Of a stretch of 64,000 nucleotides of DNA, positions 10,278 through 21,732 are shown piece after piece. The position numbers were made by a program, and so were the translations under genes. The stretch is from a bacterium (GTDB lineage: Bacteria > UBA8248). Below the pieces are notes generated by a model. The model ran no database searches, was not told the origin of the DNA, and saw only the letters and a list, made by a program, of their open reading frames with translations. Position 1 is the stretch's first letter, and every line of letters begins with the position of its first letter. Where the stretch lies: the NCBI GenBank assembly GCA_965202625.1, contig CBDBBI010000010.1:768001-832000 (forward strand), in the 5' to 3' direction.

Positions 10278-12140
10278 ATGTTCGGATATCAAGGGAAGAT
10301 ACTGCACATTGATTTGAGCAATCGCACATCGCGCATCGAGGAATTCGACGAATCCATGGGCCGCTTGTTTCTAGGCGGAAACGGTTTCGGGGCCAAAATC
10401 CTTTGGGATCACCTGAAGCCGGGCGTTGATCCGCTCTCAGAGGACAACATCATCGTCTGTGCCGTGGGGCCTTATACGGATTCCGCTGTGCCTAGCGCGA
10501 GTCGAGCCTGCGCCGCCACCATCAGTCCACTGACGGGGTTGTTCTTTGACAGCACCTTTGGGGGCGCTTGGCCCATCACCCTCAAACGTACGGGGCATGA
10601 CGCGATCGTTCTCCACGGCAAGGCCGATGCACTTATTTACCTCCTAATCACCGAAAGCGGGGTAGAATTCAAGGACGCCCACGATTTGAGGGGAAAGTGG
10701 ATTCGCGAGACGTGCGATTCCATTTCAGAGCGCGAAGGCGGCGCCGACGTCTTGGCAATCGGCCCCGCGGGAGAAAACCAAGTCCGCTTCGCGGCCATGG
10801 CACATACGTGGCGAAAAAGTCGAGACGGCATCAGCGGCCGTGGTGGCATGGCGGCCGTTTTAGGCAGTAAAAACGTGAAGGCCGTCGCCCTGCGCGGCAA
10901 AGCGAAAACCGACTTCGCCGACGTCAAGGCTTTGAGGAAATACGTAAACGATACCGCCGAGGACGTCCGCACGGGCACGGCGGTTTTGCACAAATATGGC
11001 ACGCCTATTCTCGTCAATATGATCAACAAGATGGGGGCACTCGGCACCCGAAATCTCATGTCCGAGATATTTGAAAATTGTGAACCCATCAGTGGTGAAT
11101 ACATGCACGAGAATTTTTGGGACAAGGACACCACGTGCCTTAAATGCCCGGTAGCGTGCGGCAAGAATTTTGTCATGAAGGGAGGGGAGTTCGACGGTCT
11201 AAAATGGAAACTTCCGGAGTATGAAACCATATTTGCGCTGGGAACCATGTTGGGTATTGGAGATCCAGGCGTGATGCTCCAGGCCAACATGCTCTGTGAC
11301 GAACTCGGCCTCGACACAATATCCGCTGGTGTCACGCTTTCGCTCGCTTTTGAGTGCTTTGAAAAAGGGCTGTTGAGCGAAGCAGAAGTCAACGCGCCGC
11401 TTCAATGGGGCGACTCCTCCACCATGCTGAGACTTTTGGAGGAGATGGCTAACCGCCAGGGCTTCGGGGCCAGACTTGCGGAGGGTGGCCAGCGCCTCGC
11501 CGAGGAAATCGGCGGCGACGCTCCCCGTCTTTTATATGCTTGCAGAGGGCTGGAACTTCCCGCGCACAGCGCGCGCGCACTCAAAGGCATGTCCATCGGC
11601 TATGCTACGGGCACGAGGGGCGGCAGCCACCACGACACCCGACCAACCTTGCAATACGCCTCTGATCACGACAACACGTCAACGAACGGGAAGTCCGCGT
11701 TCGCCGTGCGAACGCAAAATTTCACCGCGCTCGGCGACTCCATCACCCAATGTCGCTTTACGGCCGAGCGCGGCTACGGCGCGATGATCAACGAGAAATA
11801 CGCGCACATGCTCAACTTGGTCACCGGCTGGGATACGACGGAATCCGAGCTAGAGGAAACCGGCGAGCGCATTTGCAATTTAGAGCGCGCCCTTCACGTG
11901 AGAGAAGGGTTGAATCGCACACACGACCTGCTTCCTCACAAGGTGATGTATGAGCCGATTCCAGACGGCCCCCACAAAGGTATGCACTGCCCCCCTGACG
12001 AATTAGAGGCCATGAAGGATGAATTTTACGGGATACGCGGCTGGAATGAGAAGGGCATCCCCACAACGAATACCCTCAAAAGGCTCAAACTGGACGCCGT
12101 CGCCAAGGAGCTGGCCGCTGCAGCCAATAGTTCCCAATGA
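10278..12140 (+). CDS. aor: Aldehyde:ferredoxin oxidoreductase family protein (tungsto/molybdopterin, 4Fe-4S)
   Basis: MFGYQGKILHIDLS, IGPAGEN, GRGGMAAVLGSKNVKAV, CLKCPVAC, EYET and DELGLDTIS motifs; AGGAG RBS. Confidence 0.93.
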   Translation: MFGYQGKILHIDLSNRTSRIEEFDESMGRLFLGGNGFGAKILWDHLKPGVDPLSEDNIIVCAVGPYTDSAVPSASRACAATISPLTGLFFDSTFGGAWPITLKRTGHDAIVLHGKADALIYLLITESGVEFKDAHDLRGKWIRETCDSISEREGGADVLAIGPAGENQVRFAAMAHTWRKSRDGISGRGGMAAVLGSKNVKAVALRGKAKTDFADVKALRKYVNDTAEDVRTGTAVLHKYGTPILVNMINKMGALGTRNLMSEIFENCEPISGEYMHENFWDKDTTCLKCPVACGKNFVMKGGEFDGLKWKLPEYETIFALGTMLGIGDPGVMLQANMLCDELGLDTISAGVTLSLAFECFEKGLLSEAEVNAPLQWGDSSTMLRLLEEMANRQGFGARLAEGGQRLAEEIGGDAPRLLYACRGLELPAHSARALKGMSIGYATGTRGGSHHDTRPTLQYASDHDNTSTNGKSAFAVRTQNFTALGDSITQCRFTAERGYGAMINEKYAHMLNLVTGWDTTESELEETGERICNLERALHVREGLNRTHDLLPHKVMYEPIPDGPHKGMHCPPDELEAMKDEFYGIRGWNEKGIPTTNTLKRLKLDAVAKELAAAANSSQ

Positions 12141-12239
12141 ACTCGCGCATTCTGCAAACGACTCGTGCCGGTAGTGGGTGAGCCCCACTCGAAACGGGAC
12201 GCGGAAGCGCGTCAGTGCAAAATCGATTTACGAAAATGC

Positions 12240-13397
12240 CTACGCAACAGAATATTTCTCCACCAATCGCCTCGCGATCACCATACGCTGAATATCGTTC
12301 GTCCCCTCTCCTACTTGCAGGAGAATCGCATCGCGATAATATCTTTCAATCGGTAATTCCTTGATATAGCCGTATCCACCGTGAATATGGACAGCCGCCT
12401 CGGACGCTCTTTGGCAAACGTCCGTGGCAAATAATTTCGCCATTCCCGCCTCGAGATCGCATCGCGCCCCTTGGTCCTTCAAGAATGCCGCGTGGTAGGT
12501 GAGCTGCCTAGCCGCCTCTAGGGAAGTCGCCATGTCGGCAAGTTTGATCTGAATCGCCTGATGCTCAGCGATGGGCTTGCCCATCGTCTTTCTTTGCTGC
12601 GCATATTTAATGGAATCTTCAAAGCAAGCGGTGTGAAGACCCACCGCTCGGGCAGCCACTTGAATACGCCCCAATTCCAGGGCCGCCATCAGGTGGTGAA
12701 ATCCTCTATTTTCCTCTCCGATCAAATAAGCGACGGGAACCACACAATTGTCAAAAACCAACTCCCCTGTCCGAATGCCCTTATAACCCATCTTGTCCAA
12801 ATGGCGGCTGGCGCTGAAGCCAGACAGGTTTCTATCCATGAGAATGCAGCTTATCCCTCGGGTGGGTTTGTCTGCGTTAGGATTCGTACGGGCCATGACG
12901 GCGAAATGGGTCGCGTTCTCGCTGTTGGTAATGAACATTTTAGAACCATTTACGAAATAATCTCGTCCTTTACGGCGCGCTGAAGTTCGTAGGGCCGCGA
13001 CGTCGGAACCTCCATCCGCTTCGGTAATGCCGATGCCAAACCGCATCTTCCCCTCAGCTACTTTCGGGAGCCACGCCCCGCGCTGCTCGTCACTTCCGAA
13101 TTCGTTGATCATCCATCCGACCATTGAGTGGCCACCGAGCACACCGGTCAAACTCATCCAACCTCGCGCCAGCTCCTCCGTCAGAACAGTGAAACTCACC
13201 GCATCCATCTCACCGCCGCCATAGGGCTCCGGTACAAGTGCGCCGAAATACCCCAACTCCTTCATCCGTTCGACCAGAGGATAAGGATATTCATCCTTAT
13301 GCTCATACTCGCTGGCAAGAGGTATAACTTCTTGATTTACGAATTGTCGAACGCTACTTTGGAGTGCGGTCTGAAACTCATTAAACCGAACGTTCAC
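12240..13397 (-). CDS. Acyl-CoA dehydrogenase
   Basis: ITEADGGSD, NGSKMFITN, QIKLADM, HGGYGY and YYRDA...GEGTNDIQR motifs. Confidence 0.95.
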   Translation of the reverse strand: MNVRFNEFQTALQSSVRQFVNQEVIPLASEYEHKDEYPYPLVERMKELGYFGALVPEPYGGGEMDAVSFTVLTEELARGWMSLTGVLGGHSMVGWMINEFGSDEQRGAWLPKVAEGKMRFGIGITEADGGSDVAALRTSARRKGRDYFVNGSKMFITNSENATHFAVMARTNPNADKPTRGISCILMDRNLSGFSASRHLDKMGYKGIRTGELVFDNCVVPVAYLIGEENRGFHHLMAALELGRIQVAARAVGLHTACFEDSIKYAQQRKTMGKPIAEHQAIQIKLADMATSLEAARQLTYHAAFLKDQGARCDLEAGMAKLFATDVCQRASEAAVHIHGGYGYIKELPIERYYRDAILLQVGEGTNDIQRMVIARRLVEKYSVA

Positions 13398-13448
13398 CTC
13401 ATCGCCCCCAGAACAACGCGCGGTAGTTGAGATAGTGGATATTCATTC

Positions 13449-13790
13449 TCAACCGAACAGCGAAAGTCCACCCATAGATTCAGGGATCAAGAGACGCTCC
13501 ACGGACTCGCCATTCTCCAAATGCCTCTCCACAATATCCTCGGCGTCCTTCGGCCTCACACCGCCATACCAGACGTTATCGGGCATCACACAAACGACTG
13601 TCCCGTTCTCGCAAATATCCAGGCAACTCGTCGCGAGTATCCGCGCCCGTCCGTTCAGGTTTTTCTCCTCCAAAAGGGATTTCATACGCTCGCGAACTTC
13701 CAACGAACCACAACGAGAACAACTCCCCTTGGGATGATCCGCCACGCGTTCGTTTGTGCATACCAAAACGTAGCGCTTCCCTCGGAACAT
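13449..13790 (-). CDS. Thioredoxin-like (2Fe-2S) ferredoxin
   Basis: VLVCTNER...GSC...SCLDICENG..V.V.PDNVWY; start taken at MFRGKRY. Confidence 0.88.
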   Translation of the reverse strand: MFRGKRYVLVCTNERVADHPKGSCSRCGSLEVRERMKSLLEEKNLNGRARILATSCLDICENGTVVCVMPDNVWYGGVRPKDAEDIVERHLENGESVERLLIPESMGGLSLFG

Positions 13791-14021
13791 CTCGTCCGCT
13801 CCAACGTTTGACAAAAGGGATAGCCCGTGTTTTGGCACGGGTGTCAACGCGCGTATAGATTCCATGCCTATCTCTTACCTATGCTATCGAGACTAGCACT
13901 TACGCGACGTATCTTCAATCCGAATCGATCCTTTCGCTTGTTTCCGCGTGTTTGTATTTATCCCAGAAAACGACATAAAATTACATTTTCATCTATTGAG
14001 TTTTTCTGACGAAAGGCGAAT

Positions 14022-14798
14022 ATGCCCTCTAGCCCATCTGTAAACCGGCCCAAACGCGTTTTATTCTTCGCCACATGCCTCGTGGAGCACTTCTTTCCGG
14101 AAATCGGCGAGGCAACCGTCCATTTACTCGAGAATGCGGACCTTGAAGTCATTTATCCAGAAGGACTCACTTGCTGCGGACTTCCGCATTACAACAACGG
14201 CTTCAGAGCGGAAGCAAGAAAAATACTTGAACCCCAATTGTGCTTGCTTGAGGGGAACATTCCGATTGTCGTCCCTTCAGGCTCTTGTGGTTGGATGCTC
14301 AAATGCGTTTTGCCTACGCTGTTCACTAACGACCCCTGGACGAGGGAAAGAGCCGAGCGAATTGCTAGGCGGGTAGTCGAGTTGTCCCAATTTCTATGCA
14401 AGATCAAGGTAAATGACTTTGGCGTCACGCTTCCCGGAAAGACGGCGTATCACGATTCATGTCATCTTCTCCGTGGACTGGGAGAAAACCAAACACCGCG
14501 CCAATGTCTCGACCTCGTGGCCGAGAATCGAGAAGAGTTACCCGGCTGTGAGCACTGCTGTGGATTCGGCGGTTCGTTTTCCGTCAAGTTCCCAAAAGTC
14601 TCGTGCGCTATGCTGGAGGAAAAAATTCAGTCCGCTGAAAAAATCAATGCCACTTGGCTCATAGCGGCCGACGCTGGATGTATGCTCCAAATATCAGGCG
14701 GACTATCAAGGCGGAACAGCGATATCAAACTTCTCCATCTCGCGCAAGCCCTCGCCGGACCAAACAATCCGGGCTGGCCCGAGGAGCATCGGCCTTGA
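14022..14798 (+). CDS. lutA: Lactate utilization protein A (CCG-domain Fe-S protein)
   Basis: FATCLVE, TCCGLP, SGSC, YHDSCHLLR, CCGFGGSFSVK and DAGCMLQI motifs. Confidence 0.88.
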   Translation: MPSSPSVNRPKRVLFFATCLVEHFFPEIGEATVHLLENADLEVIYPEGLTCCGLPHYNNGFRAEARKILEPQLCLLEGNIPIVVPSGSCGWMLKCVLPTLFTNDPWTRERAERIARRVVELSQFLCKIKVNDFGVTLPGKTAYHDSCHLLRGLGENQTPRQCLDLVAENREELPGCEHCCGFGGSFSVKFPKVSCAMLEEKIQSAEKINATWLIAADAGCMLQISGGLSRRNSDIKLLHLAQALAGPNNPGWPEEHRP

Positions 14799-16969
14799 GT
14801 ACGCCCTTTAACGATCGAGCAAACTCCGCTTTAGCCGATGCGCCCCTCCAGGAGGCCCTTCAAACGGCTACCGGCAAATTTGCCGACCTGCGCATGCAGG
14901 CTTTTGAATCGACCGCCGCGCCACTCGCCTTGCGGGCAAAAGCGAGAGACATTCGCAGAAGGACATTCGATAATCTTGACGAGCACCTAGAGACTTTGTT
15001 CAAAAACCTAGAACGTCTCGGCGTGCGCATCCATCCAGCTGCGGATGCAGATTCCGCAAGACGCATCGTTCTCGACATCGCTCGAAAAAACGGGGTCAAG
15101 ACAGTCGTCAAAAGCAAATCCATGGCGTCTGAGGAAATTCACCTGAACCAGGCTCTGAAGTCGGCCGATATCACGCCTTACGAAACCGATTTAGGAGAAT
15201 GGATACTCCAGCTGGCCAATGAAACGCCGAGTCACCTCGTGGCACCGGCCATCCACAAAACACTCAAGCAAGTACAAGAGATTTTTCGCAAAAAAATAGA
15301 TCCGCACTCCAGCTCAGACCCTGAAGCGCTCACAGCGATCGCCCGAAAGAAGCTCAGAGAAGAATTTCTGCGCGCCGGCATGGGAATCAGCGGCGTGAAT
15401 TTCGCCGTGGCGGAAACAGGAATGCTTTGCCTCGTCACAAACGAGGGAAACGGGCGACTCGTCACCACCCTACCAAAAGTGCATGTCGCCATCATGGGAT
15501 TCGAAAAGGTGGTACCCACGCTGAAAGAGACGCTTACGCTCCTCTCGGTTCTCCCCCGCAGCGCGACGGGTCAAAAGCTCTCCAGTTATTTTACCATGCT
15601 CACGGGGCCGAGAAGAGAGACGGAAGCCGACGGTCCCGATGAAATGCATCTCGTCCTCCTCGACGGCGGTCGCTCCAGACACTTGGGAACGCCATTTCAA
15701 GAAGCGTTTCATTGTATTCGTTGCGGGGCTTGTCAAAACGCCTGCCCCGTCTTCCAAACAGTGGGCGGACATACCTATGATTCCGTCTATGGGGGACCAA
15801 TTGGCTCTATCCTGAGCCCCATGCTGCGCGGCCTTGAAGTTTCGGGAGAGCTTCCCGCGGCATCGAGTCTCTGTGGCGCTTGTATGGATGCCTGCCCCGT
15901 CTTCGTGGATATTCCTCGTATGTTGTTGGAGATGAGAGAGGCGCGAACAGCTCAAAAAAATAACACCCTCTTAGAAAGATTCTCATTTCGACTACTCGGC
16001 GCTGCAATGCGCAAACCCTTTGTTTGGGAAATGGGTTTCAAGACAGCCTCTATATTTTCAAGGTTCCTGAACTCCAAAACGGCCGGTTGGCTTCCGGGAC
16101 CTCCGGGCGTCTGGGCGCAGGGGCGCGATATTCCCCGGATTGCGAAAAAAAGTTTTAGAGCGCGCTGGAGAGAGCGAAAGCAAGAAGCCGTCAATGCATC
16201 ACCGACAGTTCTTGGCCCATCACGGGCGAGCAGCCCGGATGAGGTGATTCAGACGACGCATCGCGCCCTAAAGTTGGCGCATGGACTGTCGCACGGAAGC
16301 GTGGAAACTCCTGAAGAACCCCTGCCGGAAATTGATATTCCGGACACCGTCGCTCGCTTTTCCATAGAATTTGAGGCCGTGGCGAATCCTGCTTTTCGTC
16401 CAAATTCCATGAGAGACGTTCGAGAATACGTCCTCACGTTGGCGGACAAATGGAAAGAATACTCCATCGCCATCAGCCACGACTTACCGGTAGAAGTGGC
16501 GGCTTGGCTCAAAAGCGAGGGTTTTGAAGTATTATTTCCATCGAACGACGGGGATAATCGAAACGCTATCGCCCGATGCGGCATCGGAATCACAAGTTGT
16601 GATTGGGCGATTGCGGAGACTGGCAGCATCGTCTTGCTCAGCGGACCCGGCCGCCCTCGCCTTCACTCCCTGCTGCCAGAAATCCACTTGGCGTTCATTC
16701 CTGAAAAGAATATATTGCCGCACATTTCCTCACTGGGCGCGAAACTAGAAGGCGTCTTCACGCAAAAACAAGACGCCACGCCCAGTTGCGTCAACATCAT
16801 CACAGGCCCTAGTCGTTCGGCCGACATCGCGCTCACCCTCATCAAGGGCGTCCATGGGCCACGCGACGTTTTTGCGATTATTATTCCCGCCACCCTCCTT
16901 CCGGAAGATTCGCAAAGCGCGTCTGCACCAACAGCGGAGCAAGAGAAGTTTCCGCTCGAAAACGAATAA
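14795..16969 (+). CDS. lutB: Fused lactate utilization protein B/C (LutB Fe-S plus C-terminal LutC LUD domain)
   Basis: KSKSMASEEI, ETDLGEWI, PSHLVAPAIH, CIRCGACQNACPV and SSLCGACMDACPV, then a second LUD domain (AIAETGSIV, ITGPSRSADI...GVHGP). The TTG start overlaps the lutA stop. Confidence 0.88.
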   Translation: MSTPFNDRANSALADAPLQEALQTATGKFADLRMQAFESTAAPLALRAKARDIRRRTFDNLDEHLETLFKNLERLGVRIHPAADADSARRIVLDIARKNGVKTVVKSKSMASEEIHLNQALKSADITPYETDLGEWILQLANETPSHLVAPAIHKTLKQVQEIFRKKIDPHSSSDPEALTAIARKKLREEFLRAGMGISGVNFAVAETGMLCLVTNEGNGRLVTTLPKVHVAIMGFEKVVPTLKETLTLLSVLPRSATGQKLSSYFTMLTGPRRETEADGPDEMHLVLLDGGRSRHLGTPFQEAFHCIRCGACQNACPVFQTVGGHTYDSVYGGPIGSILSPMLRGLEVSGELPAASSLCGACMDACPVFVDIPRMLLEMREARTAQKNNTLLERFSFRLLGAAMRKPFVWEMGFKTASIFSRFLNSKTAGWLPGPPGVWAQGRDIPRIAKKSFRARWRERKQEAVNASPTVLGPSRASSPDEVIQTTHRALKLAHGLSHGSVETPEEPLPEIDIPDTVARFSIEFEAVANPAFRPNSMRDVREYVLTLADKWKEYSIAISHDLPVEVAAWLKSEGFEVLFPSNDGDNRNAIARCGIGITSCDWAIAETGSIVLLSGPGRPRLHSLLPEIHLAFIPEKNILPHISSLGAKLEGVFTQKQDATPSCVNIITGPSRSADIALTLIKGVHGPRDVFAIIIPATLLPEDSQSASAPTAEQEKFPLENE

Positions 16970-16980
16970 TCCGTCTCGCT

Positions 16981-17026
16981 GCTCACGAAGCCCCGGGACA
17001 GATATCTGTCCCGGGGCTTCGTGAGC
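16981..17026. terminator. 46-bp perfect palindrome between convergent lutBC and glnA; probable bidirectional terminator
   Basis: gctcacgaagccccgggacagat|atctgtcccggggcttcgtgagc. Confidence 0.7.
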
Positions 17027-17056
17027 CTGATCTTTTAGAATCGCAGACACTACAAA

Positions 17057-18469
17057 CTAGATGTCGTAGTAGAGGATAAATTCGTGTGGATGCGGGCGCA
17101 GGCGAATTGCATCCACCTCCTCTATCCGCTTGTATTCGATCCAGTTCTCGATAACGTCCCTCGTAAACACGTCTCCTTTCAGCAAGAACTCATTATCCGC
17201 TTCGAGAGCATCCAAGGCCTCGGGCAGACTCCCAGGCGTCTGCGCCACGCTACCCCTCTCCTCAGGCTCGAGATCATAGAGATTCTTGTCGATAGGCTCC
17301 GGCGGCATAATTTTATTCTGGATGCCGTCCAAGCCGGCCATCAGCATTGCGGCGAAGGCCATATACGGGTTGCACGAGGGGTCAGGACAACGAAGCTCAA
17401 CCCTCTTGGCTTTCTCGCTTGAGGAATACATCGGAATACGGACGCACGCACTTCTGTTCCGGCAGCTATACATCAAGTTTATAGGCGCTTCATAGCCCGG
17501 TACCAAGCGGCGATAGCTGTTCGTCGTGGGGTTGGTAAAGGCCAACAGCGCGGGTGCATGTTTGAGCAAGCCACCAATGTAGTACAGCGCATCCGGACTC
17601 AGATCGCCGTAGGTCCCCGCTTTATACATGATATTCTTCTCGCCCTTCCAGATGCTCTGGTGGGTGTGCATTCCGGTGCCATTGTCGAGAAATACGGGTT
17701 TCGGCATGAAAGTCGCAGTCTTGCCGTGCTTTCTCGCGACATTCTTGACAATGTATTTATACTTCATCAGCTTATCCGCTGTGGCCAAAAGGGTATCGAA
17801 TCGAATGTCGATTTCACACTGCCCAGCGGAGGCCACTTCATGGTGGTGCACCTCACAATCGACTCCACAGGCCAGCATTTCGAGCATCATTTCCGATCGA
17901 ATGTCCTGAAGCGTGTCGTTGGGGGGGACAGGAAAATAACCCTCCTTATATCGGTTCTTGTGCCCAAGGTTGGGTCCTTCGTCCGCCGCCGTGTTCCAAG
18001 CTGCTTCGGATGAATCGACCTCGTAGAAGGCACGATTTTCCGAACCCGAATAGCGTACGTCGTCAAACACGAAAAATTCAGCTTCAGGTCCAAAATAAGC
18101 CACATCTCCGATGCCCGTAGACTTCATGTATTGTTCAGCCTTCAGGGCGATATAGCGAGGGTCGCGCTCATAAAGTTCTAGCGTAACTGGGTCTTTGATG
18201 TCGCAGATGAGAACCAAGGTGGGAATTTTCATGAACGGGTCTATAAACGCCGTCTCTGGATCCGGAATGAGGAGCATGTCGCTCTGATCGATGCTTTGAA
18301 ATCCCCGGATGCTTGAGCCGTCAAAACCGACGCCTTCCTCAAAGGTATCCTCATCAAGCGTGTGAATGGGTGATGAGAAGTGCTGCCACATGCCAGGCAT
18401 ATCCACAAAACGATAGTCCACTATCTTCGCGCCGCTGTCCTCCGCTAGCTTCATTACATTCGCAACCAT
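17057..18469 (-). CDS. glnA: Type I glutamine synthetase
   Basis: [36 protein letters not shown] and the adenylylation motif KNLYDL. Confidence 0.98.
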   Translation of the reverse strand: MVANVMKLAEDSGAKIVDYRFVDMPGMWQHFSSPIHTLDEDTFEEGVGFDGSSIRGFQSIDQSDMLLIPDPETAFIDPFMKIPTLVLICDIKDPVTLELYERDPRYIALKAEQYMKSTGIGDVAYFGPEAEFFVFDDVRYSGSENRAFYEVDSSEAAWNTAADEGPNLGHKNRYKEGYFPVPPNDTLQDIRSEMMLEMLACGVDCEVHHHEVASAGQCEIDIRFDTLLATADKLMKYKYIVKNVARKHGKTATFMPKPVFLDNGTGMHTHQSIWKGEKNIMYKAGTYGDLSPDALYYIGGLLKHAPALLAFTNPTTNSYRRLVPGYEAPINLMYSCRNRSACVRIPMYSSSEKAKRVELRCPDPSCNPYMAFAAMLMAGLDGIQNKIMPPEPIDKNLYDLEPEERGSVAQTPGSLPEALDALEADNEFLLKGDVFTRDVIENWIEYKRIEEVDAIRLRPHPHEFILYYDI

Positions 18470-18560
18470 CTCATTATTACCTCCATGCGAAATTGCGGTT
18501 TTGCTGGAAATTACTGATACAAAACCAAAATTGGTTCACCACTCGTTTTTTCATGCTTTG

Positions 18561-21302
18561 TTATGAGACAATAGCACCAGTTGGGTGCCCTTCCTCAAGA
18601 ATCTCGCTCAGATGAACGCACAGCTCCTTGAGCCTCACCGGATCCTCTATTTTTTCGCCATCGTTGTCCGTAATATAGAAAGCATCTATTGCGCATTGCC
18701 CCTCTGTGGTTATTTTCGCCCGGGAGATAGCTATCCCCTCATTTGCAAAGAATTGCGCAATTTGTGCCAGAAGACCGTGTCTATCAGGAGCAACGACCTC
18801 CAGAACGGTCGCGTCACTGCTTGCGGTCTGGTCAAATTCGACCATTACCGGTACATCGAATGACATTCGCTTCTTCAGACGCAAATATTTTTTGCTCCGT
18901 CCCAGGAAATTTGATAGTTCCACCTCACCCGACAACAATTCCTCAAGCGATCGCCGAAATTTACCCCACAGACTTTCATTGCCGACGGCCTTTCCCTCGG
19001 AATCTACTACTTGAAACGTATCTATCACCAAGCCATCTTCTCGCGTATATGCTTTCGCATCCAAAATGTTCAGTTCGTACACCGCAAACGCTGCGACGAC
19101 GAGTGCGAATAAACCAAGCTGATCTTTGCACAACAATGTTAAGAGCGTGTTTCCTAACCTCCTGCGGTGCGTGATGTCGATCTCGCAAACCACATCATCA
19201 GAGAGGCGGGCCCCCAGTTCTATATGACGCAGGATGTCCTGCGGCGGCGTCTCTGCCCGATATCTATCCGGCATAGATTCCATATGCTTGCTGATTTCCT
19301 CATACCCTATCCGACTTCCTCCCGCCCTCGCTTCCAAACCCACTTGCTCTACGATATCTTCCCTACGTTTTCTCCTGTACAAATTCTCTCCTGTTTCCAT
19401 CACTCTGAGCACGCGCTTATATAACTCGTGAATCAACGCGCTCCGCCATTCATTCCACATGCCAGGGGCGACGGCAGATATGTCTGCATAGGTCAAGAGA
19501 TAGAGCATCTGAAGTCTTTCTATCGTCCCCATTTTATCGGCAAAATTACTAATCAAGACGGGATCGTCGATATCACGCCTCTCGGCCGTGACACTCATCT
19601 CAATATGGCAAGCCACGAGAAACTCGATAATGCTCCCCTGGTCCGCCGGCAACCCCATTCTCACGGTAATATCGGGAAGGGCGGACGCGCTCTTATGTAC
19701 ATGCCTTGGCCCTCTCGCCTTTCCGATATCATGCAACAAAAGCGCGAGCCGCAATATATTCGTCCGCTCCATCTCTCTGTGGATATGAGCCACCCTCTGC
19801 AAGGACATATCTTTCGTATACGTCAGTTTATCTAACGCAGTTAGCGTCAGTAGAGTATGCTCATCCGCAGTGTAGCGATGGTAATGATCATAATGGACAA
19901 AGCACGTCAAGGGCTCGAACTCAGGAATATATCGCCCCAACAGACCGAGACCATGCATTTCGTGTATAGTGGGAGTAACACCAGCCTTGCCGCTCAATAT
20001 CCGCAAAAAACTATCGCGCACATCGGGCGAGGCGCGAAAGTCATCATCCACAGTATCAAGGTGAGCGCGAACAAAATTTCTCGCATTTGGCGACAAGCGA
20101 CACCCAAAACGATATTGACATTCAAAGACCTTCATCAAGCCAGCGGGATTTTCAAGCACTTCTCTGGGGTTTCGCGCATCCAATACAAGCGTATGATAAT
20201 CCTGCAAAGCCAAGCCGTTTTCCAAAAGTTGGAGTTTGGGGTTCTTGTTGACCCACCTCCTGCTTTTCAAGTGATCTTCCAAAACTTCAAAAAAATCGCG
20301 GCAAAAAATATGCAAGTCTCTCGCACTCAAGAAATAATCGCGCATCAAACATTCGCCCACCAATGCGCTTTCGTTGCTTTCATAACCTAACGCCGGAGCG
20401 ATATCTGCCTGTGCAGAAAAATTGAGCATATCGCTTTTGGCTTTTGCATGTATATGAAGTTGCGCGCGTATGCGAAGCAGAAAATCATATGCTTTCGCCG
20501 CTTTCTTGAACTCCGCTTCCGGCACCCAGCCTTTCCGCCATATCTCATCCATTTTCTTTAGCCCGAAGGCCCTGGCCAGCCAGCAGACGGTATGGAAATC
20601 CCGCAGTCCCCCCGCGCTTTCCTTCACGTTCGGTTCAAGGACGTAAACGGATGGATCCCATGAACGATATCGCCTCATCCGTTCTTCAAGACGATTTCGA
20701 AGATGTGAACTTTTAGCCACCCGCTGAAGGTAAGCGTCAAATTTCTTATTAAAGTCTCGAAAGACTTCTACGCTTCCCGCCAAAAATCGATTTTCCAACA
20801 TGGCGGTTTCACTGTGATAGTCTTCTTTAGCGATTTTCAGGCAATTTGAAATCGTCCTCGCACTATGGCCTATCGTAAGACCCGCGTCCCACATGAGGTA
20901 TAGCACAGAGCGTATCAATTTGCTGATTTGAGCCTCATGCCCTGAAAATAAAAACAATAGATCGATATCCGAGGCAGGTGACAATTCCCCTCGTCCATAC
21001 CCACCAATGGCGATTACGGCACACGGAAATGCGTGGTCTTTATTCCCAGATTTCCTTCTTTCCCCATCTAAGGCGTGGGCATATACCTGAGCGATAAACG
21101 TATCCATAAAACTCGCGCGCGCCTCGCATAGTTCATATCCGCCCGCCCCCTCATTCTGCGCATCACAAATATACTCGCCGGCCTGCGCGTAAGTCTTCTT
21201 CATATACCGGAGAAAAACACCTCTCTCCCAGTCGTTTGCCGCAGAAGTCGTTTCCCGAATATCGTTTTGAAGTTTTGATAAATGCTGAAGAGATGGCTTC
21301 AT
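18561..21302 (-). CDS. glnD: [Protein-PII] uridylyltransferase
   Basis: AIGGYGRGELSPASDIDL, EPNVKESAGGLRD, HD domain (YHRYTADEH, LLHDIGK) and two C-terminal ACT domains. Confidence 0.96.
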   Translation of the reverse strand: MKPSLQHLSKLQNDIRETTSAANDWERGVFLRYMKKTYAQAGEYICDAQNEGAGGYELCEARASFMDTFIAQVYAHALDGERRKSGNKDHAFPCAVIAIGGYGRGELSPASDIDLLFLFSGHEAQISKLIRSVLYLMWDAGLTIGHSARTISNCLKIAKEDYHSETAMLENRFLAGSVEVFRDFNKKFDAYLQRVAKSSHLRNRLEERMRRYRSWDPSVYVLEPNVKESAGGLRDFHTVCWLARAFGLKKMDEIWRKGWVPEAEFKKAAKAYDFLLRIRAQLHIHAKAKSDMLNFSAQADIAPALGYESNESALVGECLMRDYFLSARDLHIFCRDFFEVLEDHLKSRRWVNKNPKLQLLENGLALQDYHTLVLDARNPREVLENPAGLMKVFECQYRFGCRLSPNARNFVRAHLDTVDDDFRASPDVRDSFLRILSGKAGVTPTIHEMHGLGLLGRYIPEFEPLTCFVHYDHYHRYTADEHTLLTLTALDKLTYTKDMSLQRVAHIHREMERTNILRLALLLHDIGKARGPRHVHKSASALPDITVRMGLPADQGSIIEFLVACHIEMSVTAERRDIDDPVLISNFADKMGTIERLQMLYLLTYADISAVAPGMWNEWRSALIHELYKRVLRVMETGENLYRRKRREDIVEQVGLEARAGGSRIGYEEISKHMESMPDRYRAETPPQDILRHIELGARLSDDVVCEIDITHRRRLGNTLLTLLCKDQLGLFALVVAAFAVYELNILDAKAYTREDGLVIDTFQVVDSEGKAVGNESLWGKFRRSLEELLSGEVELSNFLGRSKKYLRLKKRMSFDVPVMVEFDQTASSDATVLEVVAPDRHGLLAQIAQFFANEGIAISRAKITTEGQCAIDAFYITDNDGEKIEDPVRLKELCVHLSEILEEGHPTGAIVS

Positions 21303-21314
21303 GGGAAGATAGCG

Positions 21315-21698
<384 letters not shown>

Positions 21699-21704
21699 TC
21701 ATCA

Positions 21705-21732
21705 ACTATAGCACGCAACGGATGGCCGTCAA
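21705..21732 (-). promoter_or_regulatory. Candidate sigma70 promoter of glnB-glnD-glnA
   Basis: TTGACG-N16-TATAGT with an extended -10 TG. Confidence 0.45.

Noticed and set aside
14654-14794. N-terminal extension of lutB in the ORF track
   Set aside because: It lies inside lutA; the coupled TTG start at 14795 fits better.
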